This document shows, in pieces, positions 7,882-15,911 of a stretch of DNA of 17,696 bases. The notes below the pieces were generated by a model. The model made no database searches, was not told the origin of the DNA, and worked only from the letters and a program-made list of their open reading frames with translations. This stretch comes from Myxococcales bacterium (GTDB taxonomy: Bacteria > Myxococcota_A > Polyangia > Palsa-1104 > JAEUJZ01): the NCBI GenBank assembly GCA_016794505.1, contig JAEUJZ010000183.1, forward strand, positions 1 through 17,696. The letters run 5' to 3'. Each line of letters begins with the position of its first letter. The first letter of the stretch is position 1. Made by a program: the position numbers and the translations under genes.

Positions 7882-8685
7882 TTAGTGGCTGGCTTGCAGC
7901 GTGAACATCGCGATACCCGACAGGAAAAAGTCGAGCAGGATGACCACGAACGACGAGGCGACGACGGCGCGCGTGGTAGCCCAACCAACACCTTCCGAGC
8001 CGCCGGTCGTGCGAAAGCCGCAGAAGCCCGCGACCCCAGGAATCGCGGCGCCATAACACAGGCACTTGCTGAGGCCGGTCAGAAGATCGCCCAGCGAGAC
8101 CTTGCTGAAATCAAAGAAGACCTCGAACGGTACGTGGAAGCTTTGGTACGCGGTCAGGGCGCCCATGAAAAGCGCTGCGCTGACGCCGAATACCGACAGC
8201 ACCGAGGTCATGATCAGCAGGGCCAAGAAGCGCGGTGCCAGCAGGTACTCGATGGGATCGACGCCGCACATGCGCAGCGCATCGACCTGCTCGGTAACCA
8301 CCATGGATCCGATCTCTGCGGCGATGCCGGCTCCGACGCGGGTGGCCAGCATCATGGCGGTCAGCGAGGGGCCGAATTCATGCACCAGGATCTTGGCGAA
8401 CTCGGCGCCGACCTGGGACAGATCGCCGGTCACGCGGTTGATCTGCAGACAGGTCTGAAAGACCAAGACCATGCCGATGAAGCCCAGCGTCACCAGCACG
8501 AACAGCAGCGAGCGGTTGCCGATGTGATGCAGTTGACGCCACAGCTCTCCGCGGGACCAGCGACGGCGAAGGCCACCGCGGGCGACGTGGCCGAACAGCA
8601 GCGCAAAGTCGCCGATGGACGTGAGCAGCCACACCAAAAGCAGGCCCAGGACGCGCCGAATCGCGAAGGTCGCTTGCCGCCACAT
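7882..8685 (-). CDS. MlaE/YrbE-family ABC transporter permease (second of a tandem pair)
   Basis: The tracked ORF is 7882..8874. Its N-terminal extension would overlap the upstream permease. The likely start is the ATG at 8685 (MWRQATFAIRRVLGLLLVWLL...), which overlaps the upstream stop as ATGA. This gives 267 aa. MlaE-like blocks: GPSLTAMMLATRVGAGIAAEIGSMVVTEQVDALRMCGVDPIEYLLAPRFLA (cf E. coli MlaE ...[32 protein letters not shown]). Confidence 0.85.
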   Translation of the reverse strand: MWRQATFAIRRVLGLLLVWLLTSIGDFALLFGHVARGGLRRRWSRGELWRQLHHIGNRSLLFVLVTLGFIGMVLVFQTCLQINRVTGDLSQVGAEFAKILVHEFGPSLTAMMLATRVGAGIAAEIGSMVVTEQVDALRMCGVDPIEYLLAPRFLALLIMTSVLSVFGVSAALFMGALTAYQSFHVPFEVFFDFSKVSLGDLLTGLSKCLCYGAAIPGVAGFCGFRTTGGSEGVGWATTRAVVASSFVVILLDFFLSGIAMFTLQASH

Positions 8686-9479
8686 CAGCGCAGCACCAAG
8701 GTCAAAAGGTAGTCCGAGATCATGATCACCAGCGCGGCTGCGACGACTGCATCGTTGACGGCGCGTCCGACACCGACGGCGCCGCCTCGCACCGAAAGGC
8801 CATAGTGGCTGCTGGTCAGCGCGATGACAAAGGCGAAGCAGACGCCTTTGACCAGGCCGCAGCCGAGATCCCACAGCTTGACGTTGTCGGCAAACGACGC
8901 AAAGAACGATGCGGGCTCGACGCCTAAGAGCAGCTTGCCGAGGATCATGCCGCCACCGATGGCGATGGCATCGCCAAGGACCAGCAGGCAGAACATCGCG
9001 GCCATCATGGCCAGCACGCGCGGCGCGATCAGAAAGGGCACCGGCTCGATGGCCAGCGCGCGTAGGCCGTCGATCTGCTCGGTGACGACCATCGTGCCAA
9101 GCTCAGCGGCGTTGTTGGCTCCGACGCGTCCCGAAAACATCAGGCCGATGAGGATGGGGCCGACCTCGCGAAACACGGCGTAGCCAGCGCCCCAGCCAAG
9201 CAGGCCATAGGCGCTGAAGCGGCGCACAAAGATGCCGGACTGAATGACCATGATGCCGCCGGTAAAGAACGCTGTGAGCGCCACGATCGGCACCGAGACC
9301 ACGCCCATCTTGTACAGGTTGCGCAGAAGCTCTCGTCCGTCGCAGCGACCGCGCAAAAGGGCCCAGCCGACATACAGGCCAAGCAAGACCATGCCGCCAA
9401 GCTGGCGACACAGGTCGACGATCCACGCGCCGATGCCGCGGATCAGGTCAAGCAACACGGCGAACACGCGGCGCATCAT
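8685..9479 (-). CDS. MlaE/YrbE-family ABC transporter permease (first of a tandem pair)
   Basis: 264 aa. MMRRVFAVLLDLIRG..., REVGPILIGLMFSGRVGANNAAELGTMVVTEQIDGLRALAIEPVPFLIAPRVLA, with a hydrophobic multi-TM profile and a C-terminus DAVVAAALVIMISDYLLTLVL typical of the family. Confidence 0.85.
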   Translation of the reverse strand: MMRRVFAVLLDLIRGIGAWIVDLCRQLGGMVLLGLYVGWALLRGRCDGRELLRNLYKMGVVSVPIVALTAFFTGGIMVIQSGIFVRRFSAYGLLGWGAGYAVFREVGPILIGLMFSGRVGANNAAELGTMVVTEQIDGLRALAIEPVPFLIAPRVLAMMAAMFCLLVLGDAIAIGGGMILGKLLLGVEPASFFASFADNVKLWDLGCGLVKGVCFAFVIALTSSHYGLSVRGGAVGVGRAVNDAVVAAALVIMISDYLLTLVLR

Positions 9480-9519
9480 ACCGAAGCCATCAGGGTGCGG
9501 CGGCGAAATGGGCTCGCCG

Positions 9520-10161
9520 TTAGGGATACAGCCGCGTCGTCTGCCAGCCTTGGCCGGTGTTCACATAAAGCAGGCGGTCGTGCATGCGGAATGGCTGCGT
9601 CGCCCAGAACTCGATCTGCGTGGGCCGCAGGCGAAAGCCGCCCCAGAATTCAGGGCGCGGGATGGGGCCATCGCCGAAGCGAGTACACTGCGCGTCGTAG
9701 CCGGCCAGCAAGGCCTTGCGCGCATCGAGCGGAGCGCTCTGCTGCGAGGCCCACGCAGCCAGCTGGCTGCCGCGCGGACGGCTGGCGAAATAGGCATCCG
9801 AGGCTGCGGCGGACTCGCGCTCGACGTGTCCTTCGACCCGGACCTGTACGCCCAGAGTTGGCCAAAAGAAGCACAGTGCAGCACACGGGTTTTCGTCGAG
9901 CTCACGCGCTTTGCGGCTGCCGTAGTTGGTAAAAAACACGAAGCTCTCGCCGTCAAGGCCCTTGAGCAAAACCATGCGCACGCTGGGGCGGGCATGGCGA
10001 TCGCAGGTGGCCAGCGCGACCGCGGTCGCATCGAAGGGCTCGCGGGCTTTGGCGTCGGCGAACAAGCGCTGAAACAGCGCTAACGGATCCGCTTCGGCCG
10101 ACCACAGGGGGGGCGGCGAGTCGACGGTCGCATGCGCGTGAAGAGACGAAGCAGCAGACAT
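9520..10161 (-). CDS. pdxH: Pyridoxamine/pyridoxine 5'-phosphate oxidase
   Basis: The tracked ORF (9520..10545, 341 aa) has an Ala/Arg-rich, non-homologous N-terminal extension. An internal ATG at 10161 gives 213 aa that align end to end with E. coli PdxH: DPLALFQRLF, RMVLLKGLDGESFVFFTNYGSRKARELDENPCAALCFFWPTLGVQVRVEG, ASRPRGSQLAAWASQQS, PRPEFWGGFRLRPTQIEFWATQPFRMHDRLLY. Confidence 0.9.
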   Translation of the reverse strand: MSAASSLHAHATVDSPPPLWSAEADPLALFQRLFADAKAREPFDATAVALATCDRHARPSVRMVLLKGLDGESFVFFTNYGSRKARELDENPCAALCFFWPTLGVQVRVEGHVERESAAASDAYFASRPRGSQLAAWASQQSAPLDARKALLAGYDAQCTRFGDGPIPRPEFWGGFRLRPTQIEFWATQPFRMHDRLLYVNTGQGWQTTRLYP

Positions 10162-10294
10162 GCGGCGCACTTTACTTGAGATGCGCGCTGCTGTGCGCAT
10201 GCGCTTTTTCAGCGCAGCGCGGACCGCTGCGCTGGGCTGGCTGCGTCGTTGATTTTGCCGCGCGACAACCGACGGATTGGGTACGCTAGCGGGC
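10162..10294. promoter_or_regulatory. Divergent promoter region between pdxH (-) and the secreted phosphatase (+), with a GC palindrome
   Basis: Non-coding gap. The perfect 10-bp palindrome gcgcatgcgc at 10195-10204 is flanked by a partial inverted copy atgcgcgc at 10181-10188. Confidence 0.3.
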
Positions 10295-11350
10295 ATGCAT
10301 CCAAACCCTGTGCTGCGCCTTGCTGCCCCGCGTGTAGCGACGACCGGTCCGCGGACAGCGCTGCTGTGCGGCCTTGCGCTTGTGGCCGCTGGGCTCTTGG
10401 GTTCGGCGTGGGCGCGTGCTGATTCCGCGAACACGGTGACGCGGCCCAGCGTTCCTGCGGTCCCGGCGACGGCTGCGTCGGCTGCGGCGGGCTCGGTTCC
10501 TGCGGTGTTCGATGGCGTCATGCGCATCGTGGCGATTGGCGACATTCACGGCGACTTTGAGAAGTTCACCGCGGTCCTTTCGCTGTGTCAGATCACCGAC
10601 GCGCAGGGGCGCTGGGTGGCTGGCTCGACGCACATGGTGCAGACAGGCGATGTGCTCGACCGCGGTCCCGATTCAAAAAAGGTGATGGATCGGCTGATGG
10701 AACTGGAAGCGCAAGCCACCAAGGCTGGCGGGCGGGTCCATGCGCTGTTGGGCAACCACGAGTACATGGTCTCGATGGGCGATCTTCGCTATGTCTCAGA
10801 CGGCGAGCTGGCCGCATTTGGCGAGGGGCCGCGCGGCACACCGATCCCGCAAGCGCCGCTGGGCACGTTTCCCAAGTTCCGCGCCGCGTTTTCAAAAGAT
10901 GGCAAGTATGGTCGCTGGCTGTTTGGTCACAACGCCATCGTCAAGATCAACGGCACGCTGTTTATGCATGGCGGGCTTTCTCCGCGGTATGCGCGTCGCA
11001 ACATCGTCGAGCTCAACGATGCCATCCGTGCCGAGCTACGCGGCGAGCGCGATGCCCGTATGGGAGTCGGCGCCGATCCCGAGGGGCCGCTGTGGTTCCG
11101 CGGCTTGGCCGAGTCCTTGCCGCCACAGGTTCTGGATGCATACCTGCCGCAGCTCTTTGCCGCGCAGAGCGCCCGTCGCATCGTGATGGGCCACACGATC
11201 CAAGACCAAGGCATCAGCCTGCGGGCCGGTGAGCGCATCGCGCTGATCGATGTCGGCATGTCGCGACAGACGATCAATGGGGCGCCGTCTTGCCTGGTCA
11301 TCGAGCCGGCTGGAGCTCCCGGCAGCGACCGCGTCACGATCCGCCGCTGA
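10295..11350 (+). CDS. Secreted calcineurin-like metallophosphoesterase, Shewanella-like PPP-family protein phosphatase (SLP) type
   Basis: The tracked ORF starts at TTG 10277. The first ATG is at 10295, giving MHPNPVLRLAAPR...LALVAAGLLGSAWA, which is signal-peptide-like. The PPP motifs follow in order: GDIHGD, GDVLDRG, GNHE, with a conserved-His region further on. Confidence 0.8.
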   Translation: MHPNPVLRLAAPRVATTGPRTALLCGLALVAAGLLGSAWARADSANTVTRPSVPAVPATAASAAAGSVPAVFDGVMRIVAIGDIHGDFEKFTAVLSLCQITDAQGRWVAGSTHMVQTGDVLDRGPDSKKVMDRLMELEAQATKAGGRVHALLGNHEYMVSMGDLRYVSDGELAAFGEGPRGTPIPQAPLGTFPKFRAAFSKDGKYGRWLFGHNAIVKINGTLFMHGGLSPRYARRNIVELNDAIRAELRGERDARMGVGADPEGPLWFRGLAESLPPQVLDAYLPQLFAAQSARRIVMGHTIQDQGISLRAGERIALIDVGMSRQTINGAPSCLVIEPAGAPGSDRVTIRR

Positions 11351-11381
11351 GCGGTCCCCTGCGCTATCTTCTCGCCCCGCA

Positions 11382-12227
11382 ATGATCGCCTCTGTCTTTG
11401 CTGTTTCCGCTTCTGCACCCCAGCCCGTCGTGAGCCTGTGGGAAGCCGTGTTCCTTGGCGTCGTCGAGGGGCTGACTGAGTTTCTTCCGGTTTCATCGAC
11501 GGGCCACTTGATCTTGATTGGACGCTTGCTGGGTCTGCGCGGCCCGGCGGTCGACGCGTATTCGGTGGTGATTCAGCTCGGGGCGCTTCTGGCGGCGGTG
11601 GTCTATTACCGTCGGGTCTTCATCGATCTTCTGCGCGGTGTAATCGGCCGCAAGCCCGAGTCGCTGCGGCTCTTGCGCAGCCTGATCGTCGCATCGCTGC
11701 CGGTGCTTTCCTTGGGCTATTTGTTCGGCAAGCAGATCAAGGCGCGCCTGTTTCAGCCGAGCACGGTGGTGCTGGCCTTGTTGTTCGGCGGGCTGCTCAT
11801 GCTGGCCGTCGAGTGGCTGCACGCGCGTCGTCCGCCACCGCAGCAAACAGCGAGTCAGCTTTCGGTACCAGGAGCGCTGATCACAGGCCTGGTGCAGGCG
11901 CTTTCGCTGTGGCCGGGGACGTCGCGCTCGATGGCCTGCATCGTCGGGGCGCAGCTCTCTGGGCTGCCGCGCGCGGCGGCTGCGGACTTTGCGTTCTTGC
12001 TGGCGCTGCCGACCTTGGGAACGGCGACGCTGTATGAGCTGCTCAAGCACGGGCGCGAGCTGTCGACGAGCGTTGGTATCCCGCAGCTTGTTCTGGGTCT
12101 TTTGGTGTCGTTTGTCGTTGGCTGGTTGGTGATCGCAGGCTTCCTGCGCTATCTGCGGCGCTTTGGGATGTGGCCGTTTGCGGTGTACCGCATCGCGCTC
12201 GCTGCGCTGCTTTTGTGCCTGCTGTGA
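11382..12227 (+). CDS. uppP: Undecaprenyl-diphosphate phosphatase
   Basis: The tracked ORF starts at 11250, but alignment to E. coli UppP/BacA puts the start at ATG 11382 ([23 protein letters not shown]...). The signature is [20 protein letters not shown] (cf [20 protein letters not shown]). Other matches: [34 protein letters not shown], and the C-terminus [16 protein letters not shown]. 281 aa. Confidence 0.92.
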   Translation: [281 protein letters not shown]

Positions 12228-12294
12228 AGGCGCGTTTCTCGCGCTGAGTTTTCAGGCTTCGCGCGGGGTGTGACGATGTGGTACATGGGCGCCT

Positions 12295-13755
12295 ATGTCT
12301 ACGTCCTCGTCTGACAAGTCCCCGGTTCCCGCGGCCAGCCCGTCTTCGGCGGTGAGCGCCGCACTCGCCACGTTTGCGCAGAAGCGCGGCCAGCACATGC
12401 AGGATCTCTGCGAGCTTGTGCGCATTCCCAGCATCTCGTTCGACGGCTTCCCGGCCGAAGAAGTGCGACGCAGCGCCGAAGCCACCGAGCGCTTGCTGCA
12501 GAAGCGCGGCTTTGAAAACGTCCGCCTGATCGAGTTCCCCGGCGGCCACCCGTATGTCTATGGCGAAAGGCTGCGCGCTCCGGGCAAGCCGACGCTGCTC
12601 TTGTACGCCCATCACGATGTCCAGCCCGTCGGAGACGAGGCGCTGTGGACCTCGCCGCCGTTTGAGCCGGTCGAGCGGGATGGTCGCCTGTTTGGGCGCG
12701 GCTCGGCCGATGACAAGGCGGGCATCGTGGTTCACACCGCGGCTCTCGCCAGCTTTCTAGAGAGCGGTCACGAAGCCCCTCTAAACCTCAAAATCCTTGT
12801 CGAGGGCGAGGAAGAATGTGGCTCGACGCACCTTGATGAGTTCTTGCAGCGCTACGCCGACATGCTGCAGGCCGATGCCATGGTGCTGACGGATACCGGC
12901 AACTTCGACGTCGGTATTCCATCGATCACGACCAGCCTGCGCGGCATGGTTGCGGTCGAGATCGAAGTGCAGGCGCTGCGCCAGCCCGTACACAGCGGAG
13001 CCTGGGGCGGGCCGCTGCCCGACGCAGGGCTGGCCATGTCGAAGATCTTGGCGGCGCTCAGCGATGACCAGGGGCGCATGACCATTCCCGGCATCTATGA
13101 CCGCGTGCGTCCGGTCAGCGATCTAGAGATGCAGAGCTACAACGCGCTGCCCTTCGATCTGGATCGCTTCCGCGACCAGGCGGGGCTGCCGGCGGGCGTG
13201 TCGATGCTGGGGCCGGAAGGGGATCGGCAAAACCCGTGGCTGACGATCTGGCGCAAGCCCTCGCTTTCGATCAACGCCGTCGAGGTGTCGAGTCGCCGCG
13301 ATGCCCGCAACGTCATCAACAGCCATGCCTGGGCGCGCATCGGCATTCGCTTGGTGCCGGACATGCAGCCGCAAGAGACGCTGCAAGCGCTGATCGATCA
13401 CATCCACCGCGTCACGCCGTTTGGTGTCCAGGTCAAGATCACGCCCGAGTCCTCAAGTGGTCCGTGGTACGTCGAGCCTTCGCATCCGGCGTTTGCCGCA
13501 GCGTCTCGCGCGCTGCAAGCGGGGTTTGGCCGGCAGGCGCTGTTCATTGGCTGTGGCGGATCGATCCCGTTTGTTGCGCCGATGTCGGCGCGGCTGGGGG
13601 GCATTCCCGCGCTGCTCATCGGCGTCGAGGATCCCTATACCAACGCGCACTCGGAAAACGAGTCGCTGTGCATCGCGGACTGGGAGTCCTCGATTCGCGG
13701 CGCGATTCACATGTACAGCGAGCTTGCGGCAACGCTGCGTGCCGGTGGCAAGTAG
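12295..13755 (+). CDS. M20-family metallopeptidase (dipeptidase/ArgE-DapE-CPG2 superfamily)
   Basis: 486 aa. The metal-binding blocks are LLLYAHHDVQPVG, GRGSADDKAG and LVEGEEECGS, and the length and dimerisation-domain region are typical of M20 dipeptidases. Confidence 0.85.
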   Translation: MSTSSSDKSPVPAASPSSAVSAALATFAQKRGQHMQDLCELVRIPSISFDGFPAEEVRRSAEATERLLQKRGFENVRLIEFPGGHPYVYGERLRAPGKPTLLLYAHHDVQPVGDEALWTSPPFEPVERDGRLFGRGSADDKAGIVVHTAALASFLESGHEAPLNLKILVEGEEECGSTHLDEFLQRYADMLQADAMVLTDTGNFDVGIPSITTSLRGMVAVEIEVQALRQPVHSGAWGGPLPDAGLAMSKILAALSDDQGRMTIPGIYDRVRPVSDLEMQSYNALPFDLDRFRDQAGLPAGVSMLGPEGDRQNPWLTIWRKPSLSINAVEVSSRRDARNVINSHAWARIGIRLVPDMQPQETLQALIDHIHRVTPFGVQVKITPESSSGPWYVEPSHPAFAAASRALQAGFGRQALFIGCGGSIPFVAPMSARLGGIPALLIGVEDPYTNAHSENESLCIADWESSIRGAIHMYSELAATLRAGGK

Positions 13756-13770
13756 TGCGCGCGGGGGAAG

Positions 13771-15306
13771 CTAGGCCGCAGCGTCTTCTAGCTTGAACTG
13801 CCGCACGAGCTGATTCAGGCGGGCGGCGGTGTTGTGCAGCATCTCGGTTGAGCTGCGCACTTCGCGCACGGAAGTGACGCTGGCCGACAGGTGCATGGAC
13901 AGCTCGCGCATGCTTTCGAGCACTTGTCCGGTGGCGGTGCGCTGCTGCTCGGTCACCATTGAGATCAGGCGCGCCGACTCGGTGGTGCTTTCGACCAAGC
14001 GGCGACTGTCGGTGGTGGTGAGTGCGGTCTGCTCGGTCGAGCCGCGGATGTCGACCAGCAGCGACTTGACGTCTTGCACGCTGGCGGTGACTCGCTCGGC
14101 CAAGCGGCGCATCTCGGATGCAACCAAAGAAAATGCGCGCCCTGCGTCGCCGGCTCGGGTCGCTTCCAGCGAGGCATTGAGCGCCAAGAGATCGCTGCGG
14201 TCCGAGATCTCGCGAATCAGTTCAAGCAGCTCGGCGATCCGCGCGGTGTGGGCATGCAGCTTCTGCACGTGCGAGCTGACGTTGTCCGCGGTCTGTCGCG
14301 AGCGCTCGGCATCGTCAAACACACCATGGGCCGACTCGGCGATATCGCGCGCACTCTCTAGCAGCGAGTTGACGGTCGCGCTGACTTCGGTCACCGCAGC
14401 GGCCTGTTTGGTCGTCGAGCCGTCTTGTTCGCGCATCGCGGCATGGATCTGCGTCGCCGTACCGCCCAGCGCCATCGCCACTTCGGCGATCTGTCGCACC
14501 AGCCCGCGCTGTCCTTCGATCATCGAACGGAAGGCGTCGCCCACTTGACCCTGCAGGCTGACCTGATCGCTGAGATCGCCGCGCCCCAAGCGCTCGGCGA
14601 TGCCAGCCAGCTGGCGCAGCATGGTCAGCATCTTGTCGAAGGCGGCCGCCATCTTGCCGATCTCGTCGGTGCGAACGATATCCAGGTTGGGCTGTGACAG
14701 GTCGCCTTCGGCGATGCGCAGCGCTCGCTCGGTCATCAATCGCACGGGCCCAATCAAGATCGTGCCGACGGCAAAGTTGCTAAGGCAGCCGAACAAAAAG
14801 ACGACGAAGGCGGCCAGGATGCCGATGCGCGTCTGCTGCTGTTCTTCGATGGTCAGGCTGGCCAGCGACAGACCCAGGGTCAGGGTTCCACTGCCTCCGC
14901 CCTTACCGCGCACGAGCTGATCGATGCGCAGCACGCCCCCTTCGTGGGTCAATGTTGGACGCTCGCCCGTCGCGATGGGCTGGGTTGGCGCATTCCCGCG
15001 CTGGGCCTGCGCCAGGATGTCGCCGCCGCTGCGAAAGACCACGGCGTAGTCAAAATCCGCGACCTGCGACAGGCCCTCTAGGACCTCTTGCGCGGTCTTG
15101 CGATCGTCGAACTCCAGCGCGGCGGCGACGTTGCTGGCGGTCGCGGTGGCCAAGCTGACGATGCGTTCCTCCATATGCCGTCGCTGACTCTTGCGCATCC
15201 GCAGCGGGTAAAAGTACGCTTGGAACACCGAGATGAGCAGCAAGATCAAGCTGGTGAGCGCGATAAGGCGCATCCGTAGCGATGAAAAGAAACCAAGCGA
15301 GATCAT
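13771..15306 (-). CDS. Methyl-accepting chemotaxis protein with a small (~125 aa) periplasmic sensor domain and HAMP
   Basis: 511 aa. TM1 is LIALTSLILLLISVF, followed by a periplasmic segment, then TM2 IGILAAFVVFLFGCLSNFAVGTILIG and a HAMP (VRLMTERALRIAEGDLS...). The highly conserved MCP signalling hairpin is DRSDLLALNASLEATRAGDAGRAFSLVASEMRRLAE. The gene is convergent with the M20 gene, leaving a 15-nt gap. Confidence 0.88.
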   Translation of the reverse strand: MISLGFFSSLRMRLIALTSLILLLISVFQAYFYPLRMRKSQRRHMEERIVSLATATASNVAAALEFDDRKTAQEVLEGLSQVADFDYAVVFRSGGDILAQAQRGNAPTQPIATGERPTLTHEGGVLRIDQLVRGKGGGSGTLTLGLSLASLTIEEQQQTRIGILAAFVVFLFGCLSNFAVGTILIGPVRLMTERALRIAEGDLSQPNLDIVRTDEIGKMAAAFDKMLTMLRQLAGIAERLGRGDLSDQVSLQGQVGDAFRSMIEGQRGLVRQIAEVAMALGGTATQIHAAMREQDGSTTKQAAAVTEVSATVNSLLESARDIAESAHGVFDDAERSRQTADNVSSHVQKLHAHTARIAELLELIREISDRSDLLALNASLEATRAGDAGRAFSLVASEMRRLAERVTASVQDVKSLLVDIRGSTEQTALTTTDSRRLVESTTESARLISMVTEQQRTATGQVLESMRELSMHLSASVTSVREVRSSTEMLHNTAARLNQLVRQFKLEDAAA

Positions 15307-15316
15307 CGAGAGACCC

Positions 15317-15889
15317 TTATCGATAGACCTCGGCGATGCGCAGAAGCGCCGCGTCGAGATCCACTCCTTCGGCCTTGCTGGCCGGCAGGTTGATGGCCAT
15401 GTGAATGCGGTCGTCTCCGCCGCTTAAGCCGACGCTGATGCCGGTTTTTAGATAGGCGTTGGTGGTCGTCATACTCAGCACGGCGCGCTTGCGACACACC
15501 GCGCTGATCGCTGGCACGGCATCGGCGAGTCCTGGGCAGACAAACAGCGCCACCGGATGCAGCGACAGCACGCGTGCTTCCAGCGCCAGCGGCTTGGTAT
15601 AGGCAAACGTCGCGACCCGCAGCGGCAGGCCGCCCACGGTGACGGATGCGGACAGCTCTTCAAAGACGTTGTTCAGGTCGACCTGCGTCGTCTCAGAGAG
15701 CTCGTTGCCCTCTTGGTACAGGAGCAAGATAGGCGCGGTCTTGCCGTCGGCTCGCGTCTTGAAGTTGCGGTCATAGGCCAGGATGCGCAGCATCAAGAGC
15801 GCCACCTGCTTCGGGCCAAACTCCACCGCGGACGCAATCCCAGGAAGGGACGCGTACAGCAGCGTGGCGATGGCAGCCCGGCGATTCAT
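15317..15889 (-). CDS. Periplasmic YfiR/DUF4154-like protein (signal peptide plus ~165 aa domain)
   Basis: The tracked ORF is 15317..16048. An internal ATG at 15889 gives MNRRAAIATLLYASLPGIASA (signal peptide) and a 190-aa product. The size and layout resemble YfiR. The C-terminal block VLSMTTTNAYLKTGISVGLSGGDDRIHMAINLPASKAEGVDLDAALLRIA fits my recollection of the YfiR/DUF4154 C-terminus (VLSISE...G...NVGGPRITFEANLDSIARSGVRVHPSVLKLA). This family call is from memory only. The gene starts 22 nt after the OMP gene and ends 10 nt before the MCP gene. Confidence 0.5.
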   Translation of the reverse strand: MNRRAAIATLLYASLPGIASAVEFGPKQVALLMLRILAYDRNFKTRADGKTAPILLLYQEGNELSETTQVDLNNVFEELSASVTVGGLPLRVATFAYTKPLALEARVLSLHPVALFVCPGLADAVPAISAVCRKRAVLSMTTTNAYLKTGISVGLSGGDDRIHMAINLPASKAEGVDLDAALLRIAEVYR

Positions 15890-15911
15890 CGTGGCGGCTG
15901 GCTCCTGATCC

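Noticed and set aside
7666-8712. 348-aa plus-strand ORF
   Set aside because: It is antisense to the MlaE-like permease and has an Arg/Gln/His/Asp-rich nonsense composition. The minus-strand frames give a canonical MlaE sequence.
8686-8874. N-terminal extension of the second MlaE-like ORF (7882..8874)
   Set aside because: It would overlap the 3' end of the upstream permease gene in another frame. MlaE homology starts at MWRQATF (ATG 8685), which forms an ATGA overlap with the upstream stop.
9244-10083. 279-aa plus-strand ORF
   Set aside because: It is antisense to pdxH and the 5' end of mlaE, with low-complexity composition. pdxH homology on the opposite strand is unambiguous.
10162-10545. 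N-terminal 128-codon extension of the pdxH ORF (tracked as 9520..10545)
   Set aside because: PdxH proteins are ~215 aa. The extension is Ala/Arg/Thr-rich and has no homology. The internal ATG at 10161 gives a product that aligns end to end with E. coli PdxH. The extension would also consume the divergent promoter region.
11250-11381. N-terminal extension of the uppP ORF
   Set aside because: The UppP alignment begins at MIASVF (ATG 11382). The extension overlaps the 3' end of the upstream phosphatase gene and is Arg/Ser-rich.
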